A stretch of 64,000 nt of DNA from Verrucomicrobiota bacterium (GTDB taxonomy: Bacteria > Verrucomicrobiota > Verrucomicrobiia > Limisphaerales > AAA164-E04), in the NCBI GenBank assembly GCA_047947115.1, contig CP170459.1, forward strand, positions 2,144,001-2,208,000, read 5' to 3'. The notes below the pieces were generated by a model. It was given only the letters and a program-made list of their open reading frames with translations, was not told the origin of the DNA and made no database searches. This document shows, in pieces, positions 18,699-28,688 of the stretch (the stretch's first letter is position 1; every line of letters starts with the position of its first letter). A program made the translations under genes and the position numbers.

Positions 18699-18797
18699 GC
18701 ATAACGGCTCGCTGTTGCTTCTTATTCTCACGCCCGCTGCGCCAGGGACGCAGTGGCGCAGAGTTTTTTCTGAAATTATTTCTGGCAAACGTTATAG
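18699..18797. other. Degenerate attC-like palindrome (solo)
   Basis: GCATAAC...GTTATAG ends 99 bp apart, with a centred CTGCGCCA/TGGCGCAG stem; the middle arms pair poorly. Confidence 0.3.
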
Positions 18798-18931
18798 CTT
18801 GTCATTTGAAGTTTGCCCCCAAAGTATTCGCCTGCCATTACGGTGGCGATGAGTAGACCTCGGGCAATGGAATGCCGATGGCTTCCCGCGTTCCATCTCA
18901 TTTGTTCAGGAATATTTTCAGGACCATATTT

Positions 18932-18957
18932 GGGAACCGGGTGGCACCGGTCCCTCC
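18932..18957. repeat. Short REP-like palindrome after the stop of the 18961-19899 gene
   Basis: GGGAACCGG-gtggca-CCGGTCCC hairpin without a clear U-tract. Confidence 0.35.
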
Positions 18958-18960
18958 GTT

Positions 18961-19899
18961 TTAAGGGGAGCGGTTGATGGTCAGGAGGGCGCTGTCGATC
19001 ATGTTGAGGGCGGTGGTGATGGTTTCGTTCACGTAGTAGAGGGACCAGGTCTCCTGGTTTAATGGGTCGTTTTCTTCTCTTTCGGGGTAGCCCATGAGTT
19101 CGAGAAGTTGGTAGGTGCGGGGATCTGCATTGTCGATGGTCACGGTGTATACCAGGGAAGGTTGAGTGTCTTCAGGTTGATTGATTTCTATCAGGAGTCG
19201 ATAGGGCATGGGTTTGCCCTGATCTGACGGGAGGATGTAGTCGGCGGGATCAAAGGAGCTGTTTTGGGTGGCTCCGGTAATGGTATCGACTTCGAGTTCC
19301 CTGCTTGGTTTATTCTCGGAATCGTCGGCCTCCTGTTTGGCTTTCTCCCAACCGCGCATTTTGAAGTCCCAATAGGGTAATGTCATGTTGCTTGAGAGTG
19401 TGTCTTCGGGTTGGTGCAAGGTTTTGATGTGATAGAATGAGGCGTTTTCAAGCCAAATGGCGACATGGGGCGGGGTGTCGGCTTTGAATGCTTTGCCTGC
19501 CCGAATGTTCAGGGTCATTCGGTAGTCGGGTGCAGGGTTGTAGTGATAGGTCATTCCTTCGTTTGTTACTTCAAATCGATCCATTGCGGGACCCCGATTC
19601 TGGCTCCATCCAAGTACGCGCTGGATGGGGGCCGGTTGCCACAGGAAGAGAAAACTTAAGCTCAGGGTGATGAAGCTTGTTTTCCAGATGGTGTTGCTTT
19701 TGATGTATCGGTTGAGGTGAGTGTGGTTGTTGATGAGATGTAGCGCGATGAGGCCTATGAAGATGAAACCCGTCAGGGTATGAAGTCCTGTGGTACGTAT
19801 TGAGAACGGTCGGGCGAAAGCCAGAATGCCGGATGCGGCAAGCACCATGAAGCTCAGTGCGGTGAGAAGTGAGACGAAGCTGCGTTTTGGGGGCTTCAT
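18961..19899 (-). CDS. DUF4405-like membrane domain fused to a DUF2271-like extracytoplasmic domain with a flavinylation motif
   Basis: Three N-terminal TM helices with His (LHTLTG, ALHLIN); then PHVAIWLEN..HIKTL, LPYW and DTITGAT. Confidence 0.7.
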   Translation of the reverse strand: MKPPKRSFVSLLTALSFMVLAASGILAFARPFSIRTTGLHTLTGFIFIGLIALHLINNHTHLNRYIKSNTIWKTSFITLSLSFLFLWQPAPIQRVLGWSQNRGPAMDRFEVTNEGMTYHYNPAPDYRMTLNIRAGKAFKADTPPHVAIWLENASFYHIKTLHQPEDTLSSNMTLPYWDFKMRGWEKAKQEADDSENKPSRELEVDTITGATQNSSFDPADYILPSDQGKPMPYRLLIEINQPEDTQPSLVYTVTIDNADPRTYQLLELMGYPEREENDPLNQETWSLYYVNETITTALNMIDSALLTINRSP

Positions 19900-19985
19900 G
19901 AATGAGCGACAGTTATGCAGGGGATTACCGGGAGATGGATCCGTTCGTTTTCAATCAGATACTCAGGCGGGGCACTGATTCGGTT

Positions 19986-21248
19986 TTAGCTTTGTGTTGG
20001 GACGATTTGTCCATGTTGGCGCAGCAGTGCGTGAATGTCGCCCAAAGGGACGCTCAGGGGTGTTGTGCCGGTTCGGGCGGCCAGTGCGGCAGCTGCACCG
20101 GCGGCCTGACCCATGCCCATGCAGGATGCCTGGACGCGCAGCCCGGAATTGGCAAGTCGATCACTGCTGACACAGCGGCCGGCAACGATGAGGTTCCGAC
20201 TGTCCTTGGGAATCAGGGCTCGGAGCGGAATCGTGGGCACTTTGCCCCGTTTCAGTGGCTTGGGTTTGACTCCGGTCTTGGTGTGGAGATCGACCGGATA
20301 GAAGGCGTGGCTGATTGCGTCCTCGAACACGCGACCATCGGTGTAGTCGTTCACAGTGATCATTGTTTCACCCAGGATTCGATAGGTCTCGCGGACTCCG
20401 GTTTCGGGTTGTAGATGCATCAGGCGTTTATTCTCCCTGCGCACTTTTTCAAGAATGGTTCTGCGTCCGGTCAGGTTGGCTTCTGTTGCGGTGCGCGAAT
20501 TGCTTGAATCAGCTCCGTGCACGTAGAGACGGTGGATCTGGTTTCTGCCGGGTTCGTGATGTTCACCCATCATGTAGAGGTAGGAGCCTGGTTGACGTTC
20601 CTCTTCGCGTAGTCGCTCGAAGCCGAGCATGCCCACCACTTCGGCGCCACCAGTACAATCGATGATCTGTTTGCAGAGCACCCGGCGTCGGGTGCCGAAA
20701 CCCACACAGTCAACCTGCCAACTGTTTCCGGTATGCGTTACAGTCTGGGGAAATTCGTAATACGCAATTTCGACGCCTGCCTGGGCGCATTTTTCTTCGG
20801 CCAGGACTGCGTATAGAAACTGGTTGGTGTAGATTTGGTTTTGCCAGTGGTGTTGCGGGACTTTGGCGAAATTTGGAAATGCGCCTCCATCGAGTTCCAC
20901 ACTTTCCTTTACCAATTCCCAACCGATGCCGGCGATGATTTGTTTGCCCCACGCATCGAAGAGACCGGGGAATGCCACACCGCCGGTTGTGGTCGTGCCG
21001 CCGAGTTGGCTGTTGCGCTCAAGGATCATGGTTTTGGCTCCTGCGCGCCCCGCCTGAATTGCGGCGACATGTCCCGCTGTGCCCCCTCCGACCACCAGGA
21101 CGTCGATGTTGTTGGTAATGTCTACCTTGGCCGATTCAGCGACGGGCTGCGCGGTGACGTGCGAGGTGGTGGCAATCGTCAGTCCCGCCGCGGCTCCCAT
21201 GACTGATTGCTGCAGGAATTCGCGGCGGTCTTGTTGAAATGGTTTCAT
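19986..21248 (-). CDS. Tat-exported FAD-dependent oxidoreductase (FAD_oxidored family)
   Basis: Tat motif DRREFL; DVLVVGGGTAG, IDCTG, VRETYRI and AGRCVS..RVQASCMGMGQAAG motifs. Confidence 0.9.
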   Translation of the reverse strand: MKPFQQDRREFLQQSVMGAAAGLTIATTSHVTAQPVAESAKVDITNNIDVLVVGGGTAGHVAAIQAGRAGAKTMILERNSQLGGTTTTGGVAFPGLFDAWGKQIIAGIGWELVKESVELDGGAFPNFAKVPQHHWQNQIYTNQFLYAVLAEEKCAQAGVEIAYYEFPQTVTHTGNSWQVDCVGFGTRRRVLCKQIIDCTGGAEVVGMLGFERLREEERQPGSYLYMMGEHHEPGRNQIHRLYVHGADSSNSRTATEANLTGRRTILEKVRRENKRLMHLQPETGVRETYRILGETMITVNDYTDGRVFEDAISHAFYPVDLHTKTGVKPKPLKRGKVPTIPLRALIPKDSRNLIVAGRCVSSDRLANSGLRVQASCMGMGQAAGAAAALAARTGTTPLSVPLGDIHALLRQHGQIVPTQS

Positions 21249-21672
21249 GAGTCGTTGTTATGGATGAGAGTGGGTCTGGATGTTATGGGCTTATTGTATT
21301 TGGTTCGTGTCTGGATGTCGAGTTGGATGCTTTCGATGCGGTAAAAGCTTTATCCACATATTATCTCGAAATTGAATTAAAGCCGACACCATCAATTTAT
21401 TAGAAAAAACCCGACAGCAAGGATACAGCGGTGCTTGTGATGCACGGGCAAATGTTGCAGCAAAATTTGCTCTTGATTGCCGTTCAAAGTATTACCGTGG
21501 CACTTCAGCGGTCCGACAAAGCCATTTCCCATGCTCATTTGGGGGCGGTCATATCGAGTTTGAAATGTCTGTCCTGGCCTTTTGAGTCGATGAAAACAGG
21601 TTCCCGGTATGGACCAAAACCCGAGTAAATACCTTTGATTCGTCTTTGGGCTGCCATTATAGTGCGTCGTCT

Positions 21673-24600
21673 ATGGCGCAGTGTCATTTTATCAAAAAGT
21701 TGAGTGGGATCGGTCTTTCGGCCGCTCTTGTGGGTTCGGTGTTTGGTGCTGAATTGGGTTCGCCCGTTTCCGATCCGGAACGGGTCAAAAGCGCGTCGGA
21801 TGAGGGCCGAATGGCCATGCGTGGGTTTTCCATTCCCGAAAGGTTCGAGATCGAACTGACTGCCGCTGAACCCCATCTGGCCAACCCGGTCGCCTTTCAC
21901 ATTGATGAGCGCGGTCGATTCTATGTCGTGGAAACCTTTCGGCATGGCGCCGGTGTTCTGGACATTCGGGGACGTCGTGGATGGCCCAATCAGGCTTTCA
22001 TTGATAGTTTGTCCGAAGAACGACTGGCTCATTTATCGGACGAACTGCTGGACGCAGACCTTGCTTCCAGAACCGTGGATGATCGCATCGCCATGTTGCG
22101 CTACTACATGGGAGATAAAGCCGAACAAACCCTTGCGGTCGAAACAGATCAAATTCGTTTGATCGAAGATCGCGATGGGGATGGCGTGGCCGATCATTCT
22201 TCCATTTTTGCCGATGGATTCGATCAGATCGCCGACGGCCTTGCTTCGGGTGTGCTGGCCCGTAACGGAAAAGTGTATTTCACCAACATCCCCGACCTTT
22301 GGTTGTTGGAGGATCAGGATGGCGACGGGATCGCGGAGAAACGGGAGTCTCTCCATTACGGTTTCGGGGTGCGTGTCGGGTTTCTGGGGCATGATTTGCA
22401 TGGGTTGAGGTTTGGTCCGGACGGCAAACTGTATTTTTCCATTGGCGATCGAGGTTCCCACATCAAGACCAAGGATGGTCGCGTCGTTGGCTTTGCCGAT
22501 ACGGGTTGTGTGTTCAGGTGTAATGCGGACGGAACCGAGCTGGAGGTATTTGCCCATGGTTTACGCAATCCGCAGGAATTGACCTTTGACGCCTACGGCA
22601 ACCTGTTCACCGGAGATAACAATTCCGATGGCGGAGATCAGGCTCGTTGGGTTTACCTGGTCGAAGGAGGCGACAGTGGCTGGAGAATCGGGTACCAGTT
22701 CCTGAACAATCCCATGCCCAGGGGGCCTTGGAATGCGGAAAAACTTTGGCATCCCCAATGGGAAGGTCAGGCGGCTTACCTGGTGCCGCCTATTGCAAAC
22801 ATAGGCAACGGTCCCTCAGGCTTGACCTATCATCCCGGCACCGGGTTTCCGGACGCCTTCCAGGATCACTTTTTTCTGGTGGATTTCAAAGGGTCTCCCG
22901 CGAACAGCGGGATTCATTCCTTCCGCATGAAACCCAACGGAGCTACCTTTTCATTGGATCATCACGAGCAGTTTGTCTGGAACATCCTGGCAACCGACGC
23001 CGATTTTGGGGTGAACGGAGGACTTTACATCACCGATTGGGTGGAAGGTTGGAACAAGACTGGCAAGGGGAGAATTTATCGTTTGTTTGAGCCTTCCTCT
23101 TCGGAAGCCGACATTGTGACCCAGACCAAGGCTTTGATGGCGGACGGGATGACGCACCGGGAATTGAACGAGTTGTCCGAACTCCTCACTCATCCTGATA
23201 TGCGCATTCGTCAGGAAGCGCAGTTTGAAATGGCACAACGCGGAGGCTCATCCATTGAGTATTTCTCCAACACGTTGAAGCAGGCAGGATTTCACTTTTC
23301 CAAGCTACATGCTCTTTGGGGACTCGGTCAGATCCTTTCCACGGAAAGCTCCGCAGCCGGTCCTGTTCTGGACGCTCTTTATGCCGCTGAAGAGGAAGTG
23401 CGCGGACAAGCTGCCAAAGTTGCCGGCAATCATCGTCTTGAAAAAGCCTTCGGTCGATTGGCTGCTTTGTGTGCCAATGATCCTTCGCCACGTGTTCGTT
23501 TTTTTGCTGCGGTTGCCCTGGGCAAATTTGGTCACAAGGAAGCCCTGGCTCCTTTGGCGGCCATGCTGGAGGCAAATGGCAATCGTGATCCGTATTTGCG
23601 GCATGCCGGCGTGATGGGGCTGGCCGGATTGCAGGACTTCCGGTGGCTTCAGGAAATTGCCAGTCATCCTTCGAGTGCCGTTCGCATGGGGGCGTTGCTT
23701 GCAATGCGACGCTTGGAACGTCCTGAAGTGGCACAATTCCTCAAGGATGCCGATGAACTCCTGGTTACCGAAGCTGCACGTGCGATCAATGACGTGCCGA
23801 TCGAGGCGGCCATGAGAGATCTCGCGGATCTGGCATCGAGTCAGAACTTGAACGAGCCCACCTGGAGGCGTGTGGTCAATGCCAACTTCCGGCTTGGTCG
23901 TGAAGAATATGCCGATCAATTGGGGCAGATCGCGGTCAACGAATCCCTTGAACTTGCGATTCGGGCCGAAGCACTTGAAGCCTTGTCCCAATGGGGAAGC
24001 CCATCGGGGAGGGATCGCATTACCGGTATCTGGAGCCCTGTTTCCGGATACAGATCCATTGAAGATGCGAAGCGCGCGGTTCAGTCCGCCATGCCACGTC
24101 TGGTGGAACATCCTTCGCAGGAGATGATTGTTGCACTCATTTCCGCAGTGGAAGCCGTGGGACTGGATACCGCCGCACCCTGGTTGTTGGGAACCGTGCG
24201 CAATGATACTCTGAGTGATTCCACCCGGACCACTGCTTTGAAAGCGCTTGGTAATTTGGATGATGAGGACTTGTTGAAGCAGGCTGTGGAAATCGCACTG
24301 GAAACAGGTGATCGCCGATTGCGCCGTGAAGCGCTCCAATGGCAGGAACAATCCGCCGGCAGTCTTCAAACACTCAAGGAATCATTGGAAAACGGGGATC
24401 TTTCGGAAAAGCAGGCGGCTATTGCCTCTTTGGCAAGAGACACCTCCAGGGAGGCTATGGCTTTGGTGGATGCCTTGACGGATCAGATGACGAATGGGGC
24501 TTTGGATCAGGGACTTCAGTTGGATTTGCTGGAACTGATCGAATTCAAAGGTTCTCCCGAACTCCAGGCCAAAGCAAAGGCTTACACCGATAAATTGGTG

Positions 24601-25059
24601 CAACAATCACCTTTCAAAGAATTTGCCGTGACACTTGCCGGCGGTGATGCCGAAGCCGGACGTCGTATCTTTTTTGAGCGCGAGGAAGTGGCTTGTATGC
24701 GGTGCCACAAGGTCGACGGCAATGGGGGAGATGTCGGGCCGGCTCTGAATGGTTTGGTTACCAAGCAGTCCATTCATTATATTCTCGAATCGATTCTGTA
24801 CCCCAATAACGCCATCGCCGAGGGTTATGAGAGTGTTTTGATTGAAACCAAGGATGACAATTTTTATGCGGGAGTGATCAAGGAAGAGGATGGCGACAAG
24901 ATCATTTTGAATTCCCCTGAAGACGGTATCCTTACCTTGAAAAAGAGCAATATTGCCTCTCGCGAAAAAGGCCTTTCAGGAATGCCGGAGGGGCTTTATC
25001 TGATGTTGTCCAAACGTGAATTGAGGGATTTGGTCGCATTTTTGGGTAGTTTGAAGTGA
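21673..25059 (+). CDS. PVC-type heme-binding CxxCH protein (GSDH-like propeller + HEAT repeats + cytochrome c)
   Basis: LANPVAF, HDLHGLRFGPDG, GLRNPQEL and HEAT-like repeats; CMRCH heme motif; SGMPEGL. Confidence 0.92.
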   Translation: MAQCHFIKKLSGIGLSAALVGSVFGAELGSPVSDPERVKSASDEGRMAMRGFSIPERFEIELTAAEPHLANPVAFHIDERGRFYVVETFRHGAGVLDIRGRRGWPNQAFIDSLSEERLAHLSDELLDADLASRTVDDRIAMLRYYMGDKAEQTLAVETDQIRLIEDRDGDGVADHSSIFADGFDQIADGLASGVLARNGKVYFTNIPDLWLLEDQDGDGIAEKRESLHYGFGVRVGFLGHDLHGLRFGPDGKLYFSIGDRGSHIKTKDGRVVGFADTGCVFRCNADGTELEVFAHGLRNPQELTFDAYGNLFTGDNNSDGGDQARWVYLVEGGDSGWRIGYQFLNNPMPRGPWNAEKLWHPQWEGQAAYLVPPIANIGNGPSGLTYHPGTGFPDAFQDHFFLVDFKGSPANSGIHSFRMKPNGATFSLDHHEQFVWNILATDADFGVNGGLYITDWVEGWNKTGKGRIYRLFEPSSSEADIVTQTKALMADGMTHRELNELSELLTHPDMRIRQEAQFEMAQRGGSSIEYFSNTLKQAGFHFSKLHALWGLGQILSTESSAAGPVLDALYAAEEEVRGQAAKVAGNHRLEKAFGRLAALCANDPSPRVRFFAAVALGKFGHKEALAPLAAMLEANGNRDPYLRHAGVMGLAGLQDFRWLQEIASHPSSAVRMGALLAMRRLERPEVAQFLKDADELLVTEAARAINDVPIEAAMRDLADLASSQNLNEPTWRRVVNANFRLGREEYADQLGQIAVNESLELAIRAEALEALSQWGSPSGRDRITGIWSPVSGYRSIEDAKRAVQSAMPRLVEHPSQEMIVALISAVEAVGLDTAAPWLLGTVRNDTLSDSTRTTALKALGNLDDEDLLKQAVEIALETGDRRLRREALQWQEQSAGSLQTLKESLENGDLSEKQAAIASLARDTSREAMALVDALTDQMTNGALDQGLQLDLLELIEFKGSPELQAKAKAYTDKLVQQSPFKEFAVTLAGGDAEAGRRIFFEREEVACMRCHKVDGNGGDVGPALNGLVTKQSIHYILESILYPNNAIAEGYESVLIETKDDNFYAGVIKEEDGDKIILNSPEDGILTLKKSNIASREKGLSGMPEGLYLMLSKRELRDLVAFLGSLK

Positions 25060-25108
25060 CCTAAGAATCGCATTGCTTAATCCCTGCAAGTTTGCCATTG
25101 ATCTTTTT

Positions 25109-26770
25109 ATGCTGTTTCGACGACAAATCGTTCGTGGGTGCTTGGTTGCTGCTCTTGCATGGACCGGTTTTTACTCCGATGTGGCTGCCTGGTCACAGGA
25201 AACCCGGCTCGGGTACTGGCATTATCAGGGTGCCAGCCAAATTCGTAGTCTGGAAGGAGGCCAGGTTTTTAAATCCATCATGGAGTCGGAGGACACTGGT
25301 CCGGTCAGGAATTTGATCTTCCAAAAGCTGGCCAGCGCACCCGACAAGCTCATCTTTGGTCTGCAAGCCGACGCTCCCGCACAGCGTCGGGATTTATTGC
25401 TCCCTTTAATCGGGGACCTGTTGGAGTCCGAATCGTACGGTGAAGTCCACGGGATCTCCCCAGGCGTGATTAGCTTTAATCTGGGGATCAGACTTTCCAA
25501 AGAACAACGCATCAACTGGAACACCAAATTGCGGCAGTTTGCAGGGTCTTACGGTTGGGAAATCAATCCTCCGCTCAGCGAAGGCATGACGTCCGAGTGG
25601 GAAGCCACTTCTTCCGAATCCGGTTTTTTGATTCGTTATGCTCAGGTGGAAGATTGGACATTGTTGAGTGTGGGCTCTGACGCCTTGACCCAGTTGCTCG
25701 ACTGGGGCAAATCGGTTGAGGATGGGAAATTTCCCCCGCTATCCACCGCAGAGGATTGGTGGACGGTGAATCTGGATCTGCAGGCTTTGAACAAATTGAC
25801 GGGTGGAGATCCCTCTGAACTTGCCTTGGATTCATTGACCCTTGGGGTTTCCGGAGATGGAGATTATTTAAGAACACACGGTAGTTTGCAATTGACTGGT
25901 TCCCTGGATGATGTGGCTGATGAGTGGTCCGTTCCTGTCAATTTGATTCTTGAGCCCATCATCAGTTTTTCAGCCCTGCGCAATCTGCCTCCGCTGGTTT
26001 CACTGATACCGGGGATGAAGCAGCTGTTCCCGGATGGAATCCCGAGTCAAGCCGTTGCCTGGTCTCGTGGCGCCAGAATGCAGGGAACAAAGCCCGGGAT
26101 TGAAGCGGCTCCCGTGTTTCTGAATTACGTTTCCTGGCCGGTTGCCGAAGAGGCATTGCCTGTGGATGGCATGCGCAGTCATGTTGCGCGTTGGCTTCAG
26201 GACAGTTTATTGAAGAGTGATCGGGCTACCTTGAATGATGGATCCGAACCGAACTCGTTCCACATGACCCTGGTTCCTGCTTTCATACTCCCGTTTATTC
26301 AGGGTGTTGAATACGAGGGGAAACCCTATCATCTGGCTGGATTGACTCACCGATTGGTGAATCGCACGAACCCTCCACCTCCGTCATTATTTGCGCAGAT
26401 TGAGAACCATCCGCGGCTCAGATATTACCATTGGGAAATCACCGGCGAAAAGGTGTATCAGTATCGGGGGTTTCTCAATATGTTGGGTTTCATGTTCGAC
26501 AAGGGACAATTGCAGCAAGACTCTCCCTTGTTTGGCTGGACAAAAGGCTTGGAGAGCAAGCTGGGTAACTCTGTCACCCAGATCCTGAGCAAGTCCGCCA
26601 ATACGTTGGAAATCCAGCGCAAATCACATTTTGGCCTCACCGGTTTTGAGATCGCGTTGATTGCAAAATGGATCCATTCAAATGCCTTCCCTTGGGTGGA
26701 TGTCGATGAACTCAACAGGTGGGAGTTTCCTGAAACCATGGTCCCAGGTCAAAACAACCGTCCCCGCTGA
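25109..26770 (+). CDS. Hypothetical exported protein, translationally coupled to pdxJ
   Basis: Long ORF with a signal peptide; TGATG overlap with the pdxJ start. Confidence 0.75.
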   Translation: MLFRRQIVRGCLVAALAWTGFYSDVAAWSQETRLGYWHYQGASQIRSLEGGQVFKSIMESEDTGPVRNLIFQKLASAPDKLIFGLQADAPAQRRDLLLPLIGDLLESESYGEVHGISPGVISFNLGIRLSKEQRINWNTKLRQFAGSYGWEINPPLSEGMTSEWEATSSESGFLIRYAQVEDWTLLSVGSDALTQLLDWGKSVEDGKFPPLSTAEDWWTVNLDLQALNKLTGGDPSELALDSLTLGVSGDGDYLRTHGSLQLTGSLDDVADEWSVPVNLILEPIISFSALRNLPPLVSLIPGMKQLFPDGIPSQAVAWSRGARMQGTKPGIEAAPVFLNYVSWPVAEEALPVDGMRSHVARWLQDSLLKSDRATLNDGSEPNSFHMTLVPAFILPFIQGVEYEGKPYHLAGLTHRLVNRTNPPPPSLFAQIENHPRLRYYHWEITGEKVYQYRGFLNMLGFMFDKGQLQQDSPLFGWTKGLESKLGNSVTQILSKSANTLEIQRKSHFGLTGFEIALIAKWIHSNAFPWVDVDELNRWEFPETMVPGQNNRPR

Positions 26771-27522
26771 TGTGGAAACTGGGTGTTAATATCGATCATA
26801 CGGCTACCTTGCGAGAAGCGCGCTACCGTGGGTTATCCCGAGGTGAACCCGATCCTGTCGAGGCCGCTTTGGCGTGCGTGCGTGCGGGGTGTCACAGCAT
26901 TACCGCGCATTTGAGAGAGGATCGACGGCACATTCAAGATCGTGATATTGATCGTTTGGCTGAAGCTTTGACGGTGCCGCTGAACTTTGAAATGGCCAAT
27001 ACTTCCGAAATGGTGGCCAAGGCGCTTCAGATCAAACCAGCCTATGTATGTCTGGTTCCGGAGAAACGGGAAGAAGTAACCACCGAAGGGGGATTGGACG
27101 TTGTCGGGCAATCTGAACAGATTGCGGCGACCTGCCAGCGCCTTCAGTCGGCCGGTATCGAGGTGAGTCTATTTATAGATCCGGATGAGGAAGTGGTAAA
27201 AGCCTCCAAAGCGACAGGCGCTCTGGCAATCGAGCTTCATACCGGTGCCTTTGCCGAATCTTATGAAAGTGAGTCAGTGCAGGAGGCTGAGCTGACACGG
27301 TTGATCCATGCCGCAGAATTGGGGCATTCATTGGGGGTGAAGGTGAATGCCGGGCATGGTTTGAATTATGAGAATATCAAACTGCTGCATCGAGTACCCC
27401 GGTTGGAGGAACTCAACATCGGCCACAGTATTGTGGCACGTGCGCTTTCAGTGGGATTTGAGACAGCAGTTCGTCAGATGCTGGCATTGATGGAACCGGC
27501 ATCGCCGCAGGGTTCCCAGTAA
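26770..27522 (+). CDS. pdxJ: Pyridoxine 5'-phosphate synthase
   Basis: LGVNIDHTATLREAR, HLREDRRHI, TTEGGLD, NAGHGL and ELNIGHS motifs. Confidence 0.97.
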   Translation: MWKLGVNIDHTATLREARYRGLSRGEPDPVEAALACVRAGCHSITAHLREDRRHIQDRDIDRLAEALTVPLNFEMANTSEMVAKALQIKPAYVCLVPEKREEVTTEGGLDVVGQSEQIAATCQRLQSAGIEVSLFIDPDEEVVKASKATGALAIELHTGAFAESYESESVQEAELTRLIHAAELGHSLGVKVNAGHGLNYENIKLLHRVPRLEELNIGHSIVARALSVGFETAVRQMLALMEPASPQGSQ

Positions 27523-27549
27523 CTCATGCTGATTGAGTTCATTGATTGA

Positions 27550-27590
27550 CAACAAAAAAACCATGCTCCGAAGAGCATGGTTTTTTGTTG
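27550..27590. terminator. Bidirectional rho-independent terminator
   Basis: CAACAAAAAAACCATGCTC-cgaa-GAGCATGGTTTTTTGTTG between convergent genes. Confidence 0.9.
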
Positions 27591-27613
27591 CTGGACAATT
27601 TAGTATGAACCAA

Positions 27614-28501
27614 CTACGGGCTTCCGTATGGTAAGGCTTGTCCGTCGCATCGAGCTGAAGTTCTCACTTGCACCCAGATGGCATCGCGACTGCCGGGGAC
27701 TGCCATACGAGAGACAGAACCTGTTCTGGCGGGTGCGTCGGTGTTGGCATCGGTCCACTTTTTGATTTCACTGTGGCCGTCCAAGAAAGCGAAGTTTGCT
27801 GCGCGGTTGTGATATGTGGCAGGCCAGTCAATCCATTCCTGCTGATTCATGCCCACCGCAAAACCTGCGTCGTTGATGCTGAGATCATCCTCATCAAGAA
27901 ACACCCAGAGGTTTGAGGGTCCGGGGTTGGTTGCGTCTGATTCCTTGCCGTATGTCTTGTAAGGGCGACATGGTTGGTGATTGTGGGCATTGTCCAGCCA
28001 AGGGCCGTTTACAGCCTGCTTTTTGCTGTTGGAAATGGTTCCAACGGCTTGGCTCATGGCCCAGGAACGAACACGGGGAACTTTTCTGCCACCCACGGTG
28101 ACCGTGCTTTTATCGGCAGGACAGCGGAAGATTTGGTGCGAACCGACGTAGGGGCCCAGTTTGGAGGTTCTTTCGTCGAGCAACATCTGCCAGTTTGTGG
28201 CGTGCTGGGCATTTCCCATGCTTCCTGCACACCAGTTGTTACCGGAGGTATTGCCGTCGTCAGGATTGGGTGGGAACCAGTCATCGTTATCAGTGGCATA
28301 TATTTTGAACGCAAGCATCATCTGGCGTCCATTGTTCATGCACTTGATACCTTGTGCTTTGGTTTTGGCCTTGCTGAGTGCCGGTAGAAGCATCCCTGCA
28401 AGAATGGCGATAATGGCAATAACGACCAACAGCTCAATCAAGGTGAAACCCTTGCTCAACCTTTTTGTCGATTGCCTTGTTTTTGGATTGTTTTTCATCA
28501 T
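27614..28501 (-). CDS. Prepilin-type N-terminal cleavage/methylation protein with H-X9-DG motif (DUF1559-like)
   Basis: [51 protein letters not shown]. Confidence 0.92.
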   Translation of the reverse strand: MMKNNPKTRQSTKRLSKGFTLIELLVVIAIIAILAGMLLPALSKAKTKAQGIKCMNNGRQMMLAFKIYATDNDDWFPPNPDDGNTSGNNWCAGSMGNAQHATNWQMLLDERTSKLGPYVGSHQIFRCPADKSTVTVGGRKVPRVRSWAMSQAVGTISNSKKQAVNGPWLDNAHNHQPCRPYKTYGKESDATNPGPSNLWVFLDEDDLSINDAGFAVGMNQQEWIDWPATYHNRAANFAFLDGHSEIKKWTDANTDAPARTGSVSRMAVPGSRDAIWVQVRTSARCDGQALPYGSP

Positions 28502-28688
28502 ACTCGTTCGAATTAATTAATCAGTTCAAACAGACTCAGTCATCTAACGGACGCTTCTTTCTCGTGTCAACCCATAGATGATTTTCAGTGTGCCAACAAC
28601 TGTGCGTTTGTGTGCACAATGCTCTTTTTTAAGAAAAAACCTCCAAATTGAAACATCTATGCTTCATGGTGCGTCTGGAACGTAAATC

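Noticed and set aside
21250..21670. Repeated GTCTGGATGT words and an AT-rich divergent spacer
   Set aside because: Only two short copies; consistent with an ordinary divergent promoter region.
23305..24369. 354-aa minus-strand ORF
   Set aside because: Antisense to the CxxCH heme protein; no domain signal.
28540..28572. Sigma-70 promoter calls at TTGACA hexamers (near 28570, 31066 and 48357)
   Set aside because: The -35 boxes are perfect, but there is no convincing TAnnnT -10 at 16-18 bp spacing, so they are not reported as features.
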